Shown piece by piece: positions 30,531 through 40,895 of a stretch of 64,000 nucleotides of DNA. A model generated the notes under the pieces. It saw only the letters and a list, made by a program, of their open reading frames with translations, had not been told where the DNA came from and made no database searches. Each line of letters opens with the position of its first letter. Position 1 is the first letter of the stretch. The stretch is from an uncultured Candidatus Binatia bacterium (GTDB lineage: Bacteria > Desulfobacterota > Binatia > UBA9968 > JAJDTQ01). Where the stretch lies: the NCBI GenBank assembly GCA_965213675.1, contig OZ243916.1, forward strand, positions 2,688,001-2,752,000, given 5' to 3'. The position numbers were made by a program, and so were the translations under genes.

Positions 30531-30564
30531 AGTCAGGGAGAGGACGAACATCCTCCCCCTGACT
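30531..30564. terminator. Hairpin between convergent selD and TctC-like genes
   Basis: agtcagggagagga..tcctccccctgact imperfect stem. Confidence 0.45.
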
Positions 30565-30587
30565 CGCGTGGTGGGGCCGCAGGCGGT

Positions 30588-31637
30588 CTACTTCTTGGCC
30601 TTGCGCACCAGGAAGCTCAGCGCGTCCTTGGACTCCTGAGGCATACCGAGAATGGTCTCGACGTTCTCCAGGATTTCCTCTGCGGTGACATAGTTGATGA
30701 TGAGCTTCACCTTCTTCGCCTCTTCGAGAAAAGCGGGATCCTGCAACGTCTTCCGGAAGCCTTCCCTCAAGGCAGCGAGCCGGTCGGCGGGTACGCCCGG
30801 CGGGGCCACGAAGGGGCGCTGGAACTCATACTGGCCGCCCCAGGCCTTGTAGGTGGCGAGTCCCTCTTTTCCACCGCGCTTCTCCACCAGATCGAGGACC
30901 AGATGCGCATCCTTGATCTCCGGGTCATCCTTGTGAGTGACGAGCAGCGGAATGAATCTGTCGTCGCCCTTGGCATCGAGCAGGCCCCGCGCGGTCACTC
31001 GCATGGATTCCCATCCCCAGCAGGACCCTGCGACCTCCTTGCCCTGCATCGCGATGCGAGTCGCAGCGGTTCCCGGATAGCCGGAAACCACGTCGAAATT
31101 GGTGCCCGCGGTCTGATTGAGGAGTTTCGGCATGTCAACCCCGGTGGAGCCGGTCCGGGTGCCGCCCATCTTGATCTTCTTGTTGGGATCGGTGATGTCC
31201 GCAATCGACTTGACGCCGGACCAACCCATGAACGCACACGTGGGATTGCCCTTGACCGGAGCGCCGATCCAACCCAGTTTTCTCGGCTCGATTTGCGTCT
31301 TGGGATCGCCCAGAGCCCGGGTCAACACGAAACCGCTGTTCCATACGCCCAGGACGCTTCCGTCGCGCTTCGCCCTCTTCTGGATGTAGTTGGCCGAAAC
31401 CAGACTGCCGGCGCCGGTCATGTTCTGCACGATGAAATTCGGGTTTCCCGGAATGTGCTTGCTCATGTGGCGCACGACCTGCCGGGTGTAGGTGTCGTAA
31501 CCGCCGCCAGGCGAGTAGCCGACGACGACCCGAATGGTCTTGCCCTTGAAGAAATCTTCGACGGCCACCGCGGTGTTGCCGGTCACCAAGCCGAGCGCCG
31601 CCGTCAGTGCGACCGCCAATCCTGTCTTCCTGATCAT
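30588..31637 (-). CDS. Tripartite tricarboxylate transporter substrate-binding protein (Bug/TctC family)
   Basis: Signal peptide, VGYSPGGGYD, QNMTGAGS, GYPGT, APPGVP. Confidence 0.88.
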   Translation of the reverse strand: MIRKTGLAVALTAALGLVTGNTAVAVEDFFKGKTIRVVVGYSPGGGYDTYTRQVVRHMSKHIPGNPNFIVQNMTGAGSLVSANYIQKRAKRDGSVLGVWNSGFVLTRALGDPKTQIEPRKLGWIGAPVKGNPTCAFMGWSGVKSIADITDPNKKIKMGGTRTGSTGVDMPKLLNQTAGTNFDVVSGYPGTAATRIAMQGKEVAGSCWGWESMRVTARGLLDAKGDDRFIPLLVTHKDDPEIKDAHLVLDLVEKRGGKEGLATYKAWGGQYEFQRPFVAPPGVPADRLAALREGFRKTLQDPAFLEEAKKVKLIINYVTAEEILENVETILGMPQESKDALSFLVRKAKK

Positions 31638-31819
31638 GAAAATCCCCCTTGTGGTTGAATTTGCCAGAAAATAAATCCCGCATTGTCACATATCGGCCGG
31701 ACAATTCCAAACGGTCGGGCGGGTTCGCCTTCGCCCAGGACAGTTTCACGCCGGGTTCCTGAGACGGTCGCGAAGCGCGCCGGGTCCGTGGGACGATGCC
31801 ACGCGAGCCGGTCCTATCC

Positions 31820-31945
31820 GCCGTCGGCTACGTCGGGTCACCCCCGGCTTGACCCGGGGTCTTGCTCGCGTGGCCTCCACAGGGGCGGCCGCCGGTGGCG
31901 CCTGCAAGCCGCCGCGCCTTGCCGCCGACAAGGATTCCTGCGCAT
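31820..31945. repeat. Degenerate copy of the 17.1-17.4 kb element core with nested REP-like hairpins
   Basis: gccgtcggctacgt...cgcgccttgccgccgacaa; internal cccccggcttgacccgggg and aggggcggccgccggtggcgcct. Confidence 0.5.
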
Positions 31946-32012
31946 CCTGGTAAGCGCAGTCGTGAAACGCAAGAACGTCACATGGGTCCATGTTCCACAA
32001 GGGAGGTTTGAC

Positions 32013-32819
32013 ATGCCAACACTCAACGTCGGCGACGCCGACATCTACTACGAGGTCCAGGGCGACGGACCTCCATTCGTCTTCATCTCTGAAACCGCGT
32101 GCGACGGCGATGTCTGGAACATCTTCCAGGTGCCCGAGTTCTCGCGCGATCACCGCACCATCATCACGGACTTCCGCGGCACCGGACGTTCGACGCGGAC
32201 ACCCATGCGTTACACCACGCGCATGTTCGCTGACGACATCGCGGCGGTGATGGACCACCTCGGCGCCACCGGGGCCATCGTGTGCGGTCATTCCATGGGC
32301 GGAAGGGTGGCGCAGTTGCTCGCGCTGGAACACCCCGAGCGGGTGACGAAGCTGATCCTCGCCTCGTCGGGCGCATCGCACCCCGGCGCCCGCGGGATTC
32401 CGCTGCGCATCGCTACGGAAATGGTGGAGATGGGCTATGAGCAGTACGTGCGCGAGCACACCATCGAGGTGGGCTGGACCGAGCAGTACCAGAAGGACCA
32501 CCCGGAAGAGATCGAACACTGCCTCCAGGTGCGCATGGCCAACCTGTCATCGGTGGAGTGCTATTTCCGGCACGTCATCGCGCGCCAGGAGCACGACACC
32601 AGCGAGCGTCTGAGGGACATCCACATGCCGGCGCTGGTGCTGGTGGGCGAGGACGACCACGCGGTGGTGAGCGACATGTCGCACCGCAAAGGAGCAAATA
32701 TCCTGGCAGAGGGCCTTCCTGACGCCAGGTTGGTGGTGCTGCCGGGAGAACGCCACAGCTACTTCTTCACGAACCCGGAGGCGGCGCACAAAGCCATCCG
32801 CGAGTTCATCGGGGACTGA
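32013..32819 (+). CDS. Alpha/beta hydrolase (PcaD-like)
   Basis: GHSMGG, VGEDD, RHS; RBS ggagg. Confidence 0.88.
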   Translation: MPTLNVGDADIYYEVQGDGPPFVFISETACDGDVWNIFQVPEFSRDHRTIITDFRGTGRSTRTPMRYTTRMFADDIAAVMDHLGATGAIVCGHSMGGRVAQLLALEHPERVTKLILASSGASHPGARGIPLRIATEMVEMGYEQYVREHTIEVGWTEQYQKDHPEEIEHCLQVRMANLSSVECYFRHVIARQEHDTSERLRDIHMPALVLVGEDDHAVVSDMSHRKGANILAEGLPDARLVVLPGERHSYFFTNPEAAHKAIREFIGD

Positions 32820-32837
32820 GGACAGATCGCCCGCGGT

Positions 32838-32990
32838 CCTTCGGCTTCGCTCCGCGGCGCCAGTCGAAGGGTTCAGGACGAACGGTCAAGGGAACGGCGG
32901 AAAGGACGAACCGTGAAGGGTCTACCGACCCCATTCACCGTTCGTCCTGAGCGTGGTGAAGCGTCAGCGGGGCGAAGTCGAAGGGCCTGC
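32838..32990. repeat. Inverted pair of CGTC-type REP-like repeats
   Basis: tcaggacgaacgg ... ccgttcgtcctgagc..gtcgaagg between convergent genes. Confidence 0.65.
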
Positions 32991-32998
32991 CGCGATCG

Positions 32999-34372
32999 TC
33001 AGGAAGCGTGGCGCGCGGACAGGTCGTCGAGGCGGCCCTCCAGCCAGCGCGTGCTGACCTTGCCGCTGACGTAGTCGGGTTCGTCCATGACCGCCGCCAG
33101 AAACGGGAGGGTGGTGTCGATGCCGGCGGCGGCAAACTGAATGAGGCATTGCTTCATGCGCGCCACCGCCTGCTCACGGTCGCCGGCATGCACGATAAGT
33201 TTGGCGAGCAGGGAATCGTAGAAGGGCGGAACCCGATAACCCGGAAAGCACTGGGTGTCCACCCGTATGCCCGGCCCTCGGGGCGGACTCCACTCGGTGA
33301 GCACACCCGGACACGGCCGGAACCCCTGCCACGGCGCCTCCGCGGTGATGCGGCATTCGATGGCGTGTCCGTTGAAGCGAACATCCTCCTGGGTGAAGGA
33401 CAAACGCTCGCCCCCGGCCACGCGGATCTGCTCGCGCACCAAGTCGATCCCCGTGATCATCTCGGTGACCGGGTGCTCCACCTGGATACGCGTGTTCATC
33501 TCCAGAAAGAAGAAATCCTGGCGGTCCTCGTCGTAGATGAACTCCACGGTGCCGGCATTCTCGTACTTGATCTCCCTGGCGACCTTGTGACCGGCCGCGC
33601 GGATGCGTTCCCGCAATTCGTCGGGGATGCACGCCGCCGGCGCTTCCTCCACCACCTTCTGGTAGCGGCGCTGCAGCGAACAGTCGCGCTCGCCCACGTG
33701 CACCACGTTGCCGAAACGGTCGCCGATGACCTGCACCTCAATGTGCCGTGCGTTGGGGATGTAACGCTCCATGTAGAGCGTGGGATCGCCGAAGGCCGCC
33801 CGGGCCTCGGCCGCCGCGGTCTCGAAGGCAGTCTGGAGTTCGCCCTCCTCCCGGACGATCTTGATGCCCTTGCCGCCCCCTCCGGCCGCGGCCTTGAGAA
33901 GCACCGGATAGCCCACTTCCGCGGCCACCCGGGCCGCGTCCACAAAGTCGCGTACGTTGTCGGAGCCGGGCACCAGCGGGATCCCGAAGGCCCCGACCGT
34001 GGCCCGGGCCAGCAGCTTGTTGCCCATCTGGCGGATGCTGTCGGCGCGCGGCCCCACGAAGGTGATGCCATGCCTGGCGCACGCCTCGGCCAACTCCGAC
34101 TTCTCGGCCAGGAAGCCGTAGCCCGGATGAAGGGCGTCGCAACCCGTTCCCAGGGCCGTGGCCACCAGCGCCTCGACCTTGAGGTAGCTCTCTGTGGAAC
34201 GGGCGGGACCGATGCAAACGGTGCGGTTCGCGAGCCGGGCCGGCATGCTGTCCCGGTCGGCCTCCGAAACCACCGCCACGGTCTCGACGCCCAGGGACTG
34301 GCAGGCCCGGATGATGCGAACCGCTATCTCGCCCCGGTTGGCGACAAGGAGACGGCTAACGGCCACGGGCAC
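32999..34372 (-). CDS. accC: Biotin carboxylase
   Basis: ANRGEIA, HPGYGFL, GGGGKG, ERDCSLQRR, EMNTRIQVEHPVTE. Confidence 0.9.
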   Translation of the reverse strand: MPVAVSRLLVANRGEIAVRIIRACQSLGVETVAVVSEADRDSMPARLANRTVCIGPARSTESYLKVEALVATALGTGCDALHPGYGFLAEKSELAEACARHGITFVGPRADSIRQMGNKLLARATVGAFGIPLVPGSDNVRDFVDAARVAAEVGYPVLLKAAAGGGGKGIKIVREEGELQTAFETAAAEARAAFGDPTLYMERYIPNARHIEVQVIGDRFGNVVHVGERDCSLQRRYQKVVEEAPAACIPDELRERIRAAGHKVAREIKYENAGTVEFIYDEDRQDFFFLEMNTRIQVEHPVTEMITGIDLVREQIRVAGGERLSFTQEDVRFNGHAIECRITAEAPWQGFRPCPGVLTEWSPPRGPGIRVDTQCFPGYRVPPFYDSLLAKLIVHAGDREQAVARMKQCLIQFAAAGIDTTLPFLAAVMDEPDYVSGKVSTRWLEGRLDDLSARHAS

Positions 34373-34380
34373 AACCTTCG

Positions 34381-34872
34381 CTAGGCATCCGGCCGCACCA
34401 GGAACAGGGTCTGGCCGTGCTCGACGAACTCACCGCTCTCGACGCAGACCTCGTCGATGGTTCCGGCGGCGCCCGAGCTCACGGCATTGAAGACCTTCAT
34501 GACCTCCACGAGACCCACGGTGGTCTCGGCGTCCACGTGGTCGCCGAGCTTCACGAACGGCGGCGCGCCCGGCTCAGGCGTGGCGTAGAAGGTGCCGACC
34601 ATGGGCGCGGTGATGGGAACGGTGCCCTCCTTGGCGGTCACCGCCGGGGCCGCGGGCGCGCTTTCCGGCGCCGGCGCGGGGGCTACCGGCGCCTCAGCCG
34701 CGGGAGTCGCTGCCGGGGCCGGCGCGGCCTGGGTCACACTGACGGCCGCGGGCAAGGCGGGCAGGCCCGTTTTGCTGACCGTGAGCTTCAGGTCGCCGAT
34801 CTCCAGGTCGAGATAGTCGAAGTTCGATTTCTCCACCAAGTCCAGAATCTGCAGTACTTCATCTTCGGTCAA
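34381..34872 (-). CDS. accB: Biotin carboxyl carrier protein
   Basis: Ala/Pro linker, APMVGTFY, EVMKVF biotin Lys; TTG start after gagagg. Confidence 0.85.
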   Translation of the reverse strand: MTEDEVLQILDLVEKSNFDYLDLEIGDLKLTVSKTGLPALPAAVSVTQAAPAPAATPAAEAPVAPAPAPESAPAAPAVTAKEGTVPITAPMVGTFYATPEPGAPPFVKLGDHVDAETTVGLVEVMKVFNAVSSGAAGTIDEVCVESGEFVEHGQTLFLVRPDA

Positions 34873-35100
34873 TGGGGTGTCCTCTCTTCCTGTTTCGCAG
34901 CGTTTCCGGCGACCGCCGTGGCGGGCGTAAAGACGCGAAGACCCTGAATTCGCGGCTATTGTTACCAAGAATCGGAAACGCGCGTCAACCACGTCCATCC
35001 TCTCCTGAATCGGCCTGGACTCGCCATTCGAGACATACTATTCTGACTCTGCATCGGCGGTGGACGCCGAACAGACACTGTCATCTCAGGAGGGAAAGTC

Positions 35101-35760
35101 ATGGGAGAGACGATCACGTTCAAGCGGCCGGACGGCAAGGAGGCATCGGGATACTACGCGGCGGCGGGCGGCAACGCACCCGGCGTGGTGGTGATCCAGG
35201 AGTGGTGGGGCGTCAACGACCAGATCCGAGGCGTAGCCGACAAGCTGGCCGGGTTGGGGTACAACTCGCTGGTGCCGGACCTCTACCGGGGCAAGGTGAC
35301 GGTGGAAGCGGAGGAAGCCAGCCACATGATGCAAAACCTGGACTTCGCCGATGCCAACGTCGACGTGTGCAGCGCGGCGGAGCACCTGAAGCAGAGCTGC
35401 CCCAAGGTGGGAGTCATCGGATTCTGCATGGGCGGCGCCCTGACGGTGCTGGCGGCGGTGTACTCCAAGGCGGCGGACGCGGCCTGCTGCTGGTACGGCG
35501 TTCCCCCGGCCGAAGCGGCCGACACGCGCACCATCTCGATACCGTTCCAGGGCCACTTCGCGCTGGAGGACGGGTTCTTCACGCCGGATCAGGTGGACGC
35601 CCTCGAAGTGCGCCTCAAGGAAGGCAACGTCACCCACGACATCTACCGCTACCAGGCGAAACACGCCTTCGGCAACGAGACCGGGGGCAACTACGACGCC
35701 GAGGCCTGCAAACTGGCGTGGGACCGGAGCACGGAGTTCCTGGCCCGAAGCCTCAAGTAG
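35101..35760 (+). CDS. Dienelactone hydrolase family protein
   Basis: QEWWG, GFCMGG, HAFGN. Confidence 0.92.
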   Translation: MGETITFKRPDGKEASGYYAAAGGNAPGVVVIQEWWGVNDQIRGVADKLAGLGYNSLVPDLYRGKVTVEAEEASHMMQNLDFADANVDVCSAAEHLKQSCPKVGVIGFCMGGALTVLAAVYSKAADAACCWYGVPPAEAADTRTISIPFQGHFALEDGFFTPDQVDALEVRLKEGNVTHDIYRYQAKHAFGNETGGNYDAEACKLAWDRSTEFLARSLK

Positions 35761-35857
35761 CCGGCTTTTCCGCTGTTGACGGCTAGACACGGACGGCCTG
35801 CGTCCGCACGCCGGATGCAGGCCGTCGGTTTCCCGTCACGACGACCAGGAGACGGCC

Positions 35858-36949
35858 ATGGCAAATTTCCCGATCATCGACGCCGACGGTCACGTGCAGG
35901 AAAAGTTCGCCCCCTGGGAGGACCTGCTGGAGGGGCGTTACAAGAAGAAGGCGCCCCGGGTGGTCAAGGCCGACGGCCGCGAGCAACTGCTCATGGAGGG
36001 CCGCATCTGGGCCAAGCCCTCGGGGGTGGGCTGCGGCATCGGCGCCGTGCCCCACAACCGCTCGCCGCAGCCCACCACCGGCATGTGGGACCCGGTGCAG
36101 CGGCTCAAGGACATGGACCTTGAGCAGATCACGACCTCGGTCAACTTCGGCACCACGGTGTTCCTGAGCCTGCCGTTCCTGGAAGACAAGGACTACGCCT
36201 GCGCCGTCGCCAAGGCCTACAACAACTGGCTCCACGAGTACTGCCAACATGCGCCGGAACGGCTCAAGGGCGTGGCCTGCGTGCCCATGCAGGATCCGGC
36301 GGAGGCCGCCGCCGAGTTGCGGCGTTGCGTCCAGGACCTCGGCTTCGTGGCCGCAGCCACCTCGGCCCACTCCGCCGGGCGCAACCTCGACCATCCCGAC
36401 TTCGACCCGTTCTACGCCACGGCCGAGAAGCTGGGCGTGCCCGTGTGCGTCCACGTGGGCTCGGGCCGGCCGGCGGCCGCCGCCGACCGCTTCGACAACG
36501 CGCTGTTCGTGCACGCCACCACCCATCCCTTCGAGCAGATGATCGGCGTCATGTGCGTGATCGGCGGCGGCGTGCTGGAGAAGTTCCCGAAGCTCAAGGT
36601 GGCGTTTCTGGAAGCCGGCGCCGGCTGGGTGCCGTTCTGGATGGAGCGGCTGGACGAGCACTACGAGTACATGCAGGCCGCCGTGCCGCTGCTGACCATG
36701 CCCCCCAGCGAGTACATCCGGCAGCGGGACGTCTATTTCTCCTTCGAGCCCGACGAGACCACTCTGCCCTACGTCATGGACTTCATCGGCGACGACCGGC
36801 TGGTGTTCGCCTCGGACTACAACCACGGCGACTGCAAGTTCCCCAACGTGGTGAAGGAGGTGCTGGACCGGGACGACATCGCCTCGGACTCGCTGCCCAA
36901 GATCATGGGAGAGAACGCGCGGCGGCTTTACAACATTGCGCCCAACTAG
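35858..36949 (+). CDS. Amidohydrolase family 2 protein
   Basis: DADGH, YNNWL, CVH, LEAGAGW, SDYNH. Confidence 0.9.
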   Translation: MANFPIIDADGHVQEKFAPWEDLLEGRYKKKAPRVVKADGREQLLMEGRIWAKPSGVGCGIGAVPHNRSPQPTTGMWDPVQRLKDMDLEQITTSVNFGTTVFLSLPFLEDKDYACAVAKAYNNWLHEYCQHAPERLKGVACVPMQDPAEAAAELRRCVQDLGFVAAATSAHSAGRNLDHPDFDPFYATAEKLGVPVCVHVGSGRPAAAADRFDNALFVHATTHPFEQMIGVMCVIGGGVLEKFPKLKVAFLEAGAGWVPFWMERLDEHYEYMQAAVPLLTMPPSEYIRQRDVYFSFEPDETTLPYVMDFIGDDRLVFASDYNHGDCKFPNVVKEVLDRDDIASDSLPKIMGENARRLYNIAPN

Positions 36950-36988
36950 GCCTCGAGCGGGTGGGAAACCCATAGACGGAGACAAGCC

Positions 36989-38008
36989 ATGACCCCGAGA
37001 ACCATCGACGCGGACGCCCATGTCGTCGAAACACCGTTTACTTGGGAGTTCATGACCGAGCAGGAACGCGCCCACGCGCCATTCGCGGTCAAGCAGGAAG
37101 GCGGCCCCGAGTACTGGGTGGTGGACAACCGGCTGCACGTCAAGAACAACAACATCGGCCCCAACACCTCCGCCGACCAGCGCGAGATGCGCGATATCGA
37201 CGCCCGGGTCAAGCACATGGACGAGTTGGAAGTGGACGTGCAGGTGCTCTACCCCACGCTGATGCTGCGCCCCTGCACCCAGAACCGGCTCACCGAGCTG
37301 GCCATGTGCAAGAGCTACAACCGCTGGCTGGCGGAAGTCTGGAAGAAGGGCCAAGGCCGGCTGCGATGGGTGTGCATGCCGCCCCTGCTATCCATGGACG
37401 CGCTGCGCGGAGAGCTGGAATTCGCCAGGGACAACGGCGCCTGCGGCATCTTCATGCGCGGGGTCGAGCACGAGAAGCGCCTGAGCAACCCCGAGCTGTT
37501 CCCGCTCTACGAGATCGCCACCGAGCTGGACCTCCCCATCTGCGTCCACGCCGGCACCAACAGCACCGCCATCCACGACCTCTACGAAGGCGAGACCGGC
37601 TTCTCGCGCTTCAAGCTGCCGGTGGTGGGGACATTCCACTCGCTGCTCATGGACGGCACTCCGGCGCTGTTCCCCAAGCTGCGCTGGGGCTTCGTGGAGG
37701 TGAGCGCCCAGTGGGTGCCCTACGCCCTGAACGACCTCCGGCTCCGCCTGCAGAAGTTCGGGAGGCCCATCCCCGACAACATCATGGCCGAGAACCACAT
37801 GTACGTGGCCTGCCAGACCACCGACGACCTGCCCGTGATCCTCAAGGACGCGGGCGAGGACAACCTCGTCATCGGCACCGACTACGGCCACAACGACACC
37901 TCCAGCCAGATCGAGGCGCTGCGCATGCTCCGCACCGACGGCTCGGTGCCGGCCGCCATCGTCGACAAGATCCTCGGCGACAACGCGCGGGCGCTTTACG
38001 GGCTGTAG
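36989..38008 (+). CDS. Amidohydrolase family 2 protein
   Basis: DADAH, YNRWL, CVH, TDYGH. Confidence 0.9.
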   Translation: MTPRTIDADAHVVETPFTWEFMTEQERAHAPFAVKQEGGPEYWVVDNRLHVKNNNIGPNTSADQREMRDIDARVKHMDELEVDVQVLYPTLMLRPCTQNRLTELAMCKSYNRWLAEVWKKGQGRLRWVCMPPLLSMDALRGELEFARDNGACGIFMRGVEHEKRLSNPELFPLYEIATELDLPICVHAGTNSTAIHDLYEGETGFSRFKLPVVGTFHSLLMDGTPALFPKLRWGFVEVSAQWVPYALNDLRLRLQKFGRPIPDNIMAENHMYVACQTTDDLPVILKDAGEDNLVIGTDYGHNDTSSQIEALRMLRTDGSVPAAIVDKILGDNARALYGL

Positions 38009-38026
38009 GCAGGGCGGCCGGCCCGT

Positions 38027-38656
38027 CTACTCCCAGGGCGGCGGGGTGCCCCACTCCTCGTAGTAGGTAGTCTCGGAGGTGGGGCGGCGCGTGGTCGTTC
38101 CGAACCGGCCCTCGGGATAGCCCAGCGGGATGCAGCAGTGGACCTGGGCTTCCGCCGGAATCCTGAACAGCTCGTGGATCCGGTCGGTGACGCAGGCATG
38201 GAGGGTGGTCAAGACCGACCCGATACCCAGCGCCCGCGCCGCCAGCATCAGGTTCTGCACCGCGGGAAGGACCGAGCTGGCCTGTCCTTGAGACGTGGAG
38301 ACCGCCAGCACCACCAGCGGAACCTCCTTCATCGCGTCCGCCAGGCGCATGGCCGAGAGATGCAGATCCCCCTCCGGAACGCCTTCCGGAGTCCAGCCGG
38401 CGGGCCGCTTCGCCCACCACGCCTCACGATACAGCTCCCCGAACCTGCGGATCCTGTCCCGGTCCCGCACCACCAGAAACCGCCCGCTCTGCTCGTTTCG
38501 CGAACTGGGCGCCTTGGACGCCGCGTCCATCAGCGTCTTGAGGTCTCCGTCGCTGATGGGGTCCGGTTTCAGCCTGCGGATGGCCCGCTGGGTGAACATG
38601 GCCTCCCCGAGGCTCATTTCGAGCCGCGCGGGGGGTTCGAGTTTCACCATCGTCAT
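38027..38656 (-). CDS. Nitroreductase family protein
   Basis: QRAIRR, APSSRN, QNLMLAARALGIG, PLGYP. Confidence 0.88.
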   Translation of the reverse strand: MTMVKLEPPARLEMSLGEAMFTQRAIRRLKPDPISDGDLKTLMDAASKAPSSRNEQSGRFLVVRDRDRIRRFGELYREAWWAKRPAGWTPEGVPEGDLHLSAMRLADAMKEVPLVVLAVSTSQGQASSVLPAVQNLMLAARALGIGSVLTTLHACVTDRIHELFRIPAEAQVHCCIPLGYPEGRFGTTTRRPTSETTYYEEWGTPPPWE

Positions 38657-38690
38657 TGCTTCGGTCCTTTCCTGGTTGCCCCTTTCGCCG

Positions 38691-38779
38691 CCCCTGGATT
38701 CCCGCTTCCGCGGGAATGACGGAGGGGGCGGGAATGACGGAGGGGACGTGCCCCCCAAGGGGACGTGAATGACGGAGGG
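38691..38779. repeat. REP-like element followed by tandem gaatgacggaggg repeats
   Basis: cccctggattcccgcttccgcgggaatgacgg plus two further gaatgacggaggg units. Confidence 0.75.
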
Positions 38780-38788
38780 CGCGAAATA

Positions 38789-39649
38789 CTAACGCCCCGT
38801 CAACTCCCGCGCTCTGTTGAGCACTTCGAAGGAGCGCGGCGCGCCAGGCATGAGGAAGCGGAAACCCGCCTCCACCAGCCGCTCCAGGTTGCCGGCGCTG
38901 GGATGCGGGTGGCCGCAGGGGACGTCGTGTTCCTTGCAGATGTCCAGGATCCGGTTGATGTGGTCGGCCACCACCGGATGGTCGTAGTCGCGCGGGTGAC
39001 CCAGTTCCTGGCTCAGGTCCCCTTCCCCGATCAGCACCACGCCGATGCCCGGCACCTCCTTGAGCATCGCCGGCAGGTTCTCGATGGCGCGGACCTCCTC
39101 GCACTGGATCACCACCAGGATCTCACCGTCCGGCGCCAGCGGCCACACGTCCGCGCGCTTGTAGTATTCCTGCTGCGTGAGCCCCCAGTAGCGGGCGGCG
39201 CGGGTGGGCGCGTCGCCGCGGATGCCCGGCGGATCGTAGAGCGGCTCGGCCGAGAGCCGCGGATAGCGGCACGCCGACACCGCGTTGCGCGCCTCCTCCA
39301 CCGAGCTGATGTGGGGGAAGATGATGCCATAGACGCCGATGTCCAGCACCTGCTTGGCCAGCCACTGGTTCATCTCGTTGCCGTTGGGCGGGATCCGCAC
39401 CATGGGCGTCACCGCGGGGCCGAGGGTGCCGCCGTCCACCAACTGCCGCCGGTCCAGCATGTACTGCAACGAGTGCCTCAAGCCCGGGATGTCCAGGGGC
39501 GCGTGCTCCATCTCGAAAGCCACGCCGTCAAGCTTCGCGCCGGCCATGGCGATGGCGGTTTCGATATCGTTGGAGGTGAAGCTCACGAAGGCCGTCTTGC
39601 CTTCCTCCAGCGCCTTGATGACACCGTTGAGACGTGGGATTGCGGCCAT
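38789..39649 (-). CDS. HpcH/HpaI aldolase family protein
   Basis: FEMEH, MVRIP, LDIG, QCE, IGEGDL. Confidence 0.88.
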   Translation of the reverse strand: MAAIPRLNGVIKALEEGKTAFVSFTSNDIETAIAMAGAKLDGVAFEMEHAPLDIPGLRHSLQYMLDRRQLVDGGTLGPAVTPMVRIPPNGNEMNQWLAKQVLDIGVYGIIFPHISSVEEARNAVSACRYPRLSAEPLYDPPGIRGDAPTRAARYWGLTQQEYYKRADVWPLAPDGEILVVIQCEEVRAIENLPAMLKEVPGIGVVLIGEGDLSQELGHPRDYDHPVVADHINRILDICKEHDVPCGHPHPSAGNLERLVEAGFRFLMPGAPRSFEVLNRARELTGR

Positions 39650-39828
39650 GTGTCGCTCCTTGAGGGTTCCGGTACCGGCGAAAGCGCCGGCTTCTGCCGT
39701 CCTTTGCGGACCCGGTCGGCCTAAGCCTATAGCCGGTCCTACCGGGCTTTGCTAGTGTAGTGTCCTGTTCCTGCAGGCACTGCCGTTCTGCACCGGACGG
39801 CACATGGACTCCCTGGAGGTTTACCCCC

Positions 39829-40815
39829 GTGATCATCGACGCTCACGCACATTTCACCACGGCGCCGGCAAAACTTCAGTCCTTTCGCGCCCGCCAGATC
39901 GTCAACCAGGCGCGTCCGACGCCCGCCAACCTCAACGTCAGCGACGAAGAGCTGGAGCAGTCCATGCGCTCGCAGTTCAAAAGGATGGCCGATACCGGCA
40001 TCGACCGCCTGCTGTTCTCGCCCCAGGCCTCGGCCATGGGGCACCACTTCGGTTCCGAGCTCATCAGCCGCTACTGGAGCGAGGCGTGCAACGACCTCAT
40101 CGCCCGCGTCGCCAAACTGTGGCCCGACAAGGTCTCTCCGGTGTGCCAGCTTCCGCAGTCGCCGGGTGTCGACCCAAAGAGCTGGGTGGAGGAGCTGGAG
40201 CGCTGCGTCAAGGAACAGGACTTCATCGCCTGCAACATCAACCCCGACCTGTGCAGCGGACGCGAGCCCTGGACGCCGTCGCTGGGGGACGAGTGGTGGT
40301 ACCCCCTGTGGGAAAAGATGGTGGAGCTGGACATACCGGGGACCATCCACGCCAGCGCGTCCCTGAACCCGGCCTTCCACACCACCAGCTCGTACTACAT
40401 CGGGCAGCACCACAACGGCGCCGTGGAGCTGCTGAGCTCGCGCGTGTTCCAGGACTTCCCCAAGCTCAAGATCGTCATCCCCCACGGCGGCGGCGCCGTG
40501 CCCTACCAGTGGAACCGCCACCGGGGCATGCACGTGAAGGAAGGCCTGGAGCCCTTCGAGGAGGCGGCCCGTCGGGTCTACTGGGACATGGCCATCTACG
40601 ACGCCGAGGGCATGGAGCTGCTGATCAAGCGGGTCGGGGCCGACCGCGTGCTGTTCGCCACCGAGATGTTCGGCGCGGTGAACGCCACCGACCCCCAGAC
40701 CGGGCGCAACTTCGAGGAAGTGGTGCCCATCTTCGAGTCGGTCCCGGGCCTGAGCGACGAGGACCGCTACAACATCACCGAGGGCAACGCCAGGCGGCTC
40801 TATGGACTATCGTAG
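39829..40815 (+). CDS. 4-oxalomesaconate hydratase (LigJ)-like amidohydrolase
   Basis: DAHAHFTTAP, LPQSPGVDP, NPD, IPHGGGAVPY, FATEMFGAV match LigJ as recalled; RBS ggaggt before GTG. Confidence 0.78.
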   Translation: MIIDAHAHFTTAPAKLQSFRARQIVNQARPTPANLNVSDEELEQSMRSQFKRMADTGIDRLLFSPQASAMGHHFGSELISRYWSEACNDLIARVAKLWPDKVSPVCQLPQSPGVDPKSWVEELERCVKEQDFIACNINPDLCSGREPWTPSLGDEWWYPLWEKMVELDIPGTIHASASLNPAFHTTSSYYIGQHHNGAVELLSSRVFQDFPKLKIVIPHGGGAVPYQWNRHRGMHVKEGLEPFEEAARRVYWDMAIYDAEGMELLIKRVGADRVLFATEMFGAVNATDPQTGRNFEEVVPIFESVPGLSDEDRYNITEGNARRLYGLS

Positions 40816-40895
40816 GTGAACCAGAACGGCCCTGCCCGGCCACGGCGGCGCAACCGCCCCGACAGCCCTTGGGCGGGCGGGGCGACGGAGACATC

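Noticed and set aside
38691-38779. CRISPR array or VNTR from tandem gaatgacggaggg units
   Set aside because: Irregular spacing, REP-derived, no unique spacers or cas genes
39804-40895. 733-aa fusion ORF
   Set aside because: N-terminal half overlaps the LigJ-like gene in another frame; real start is 40896
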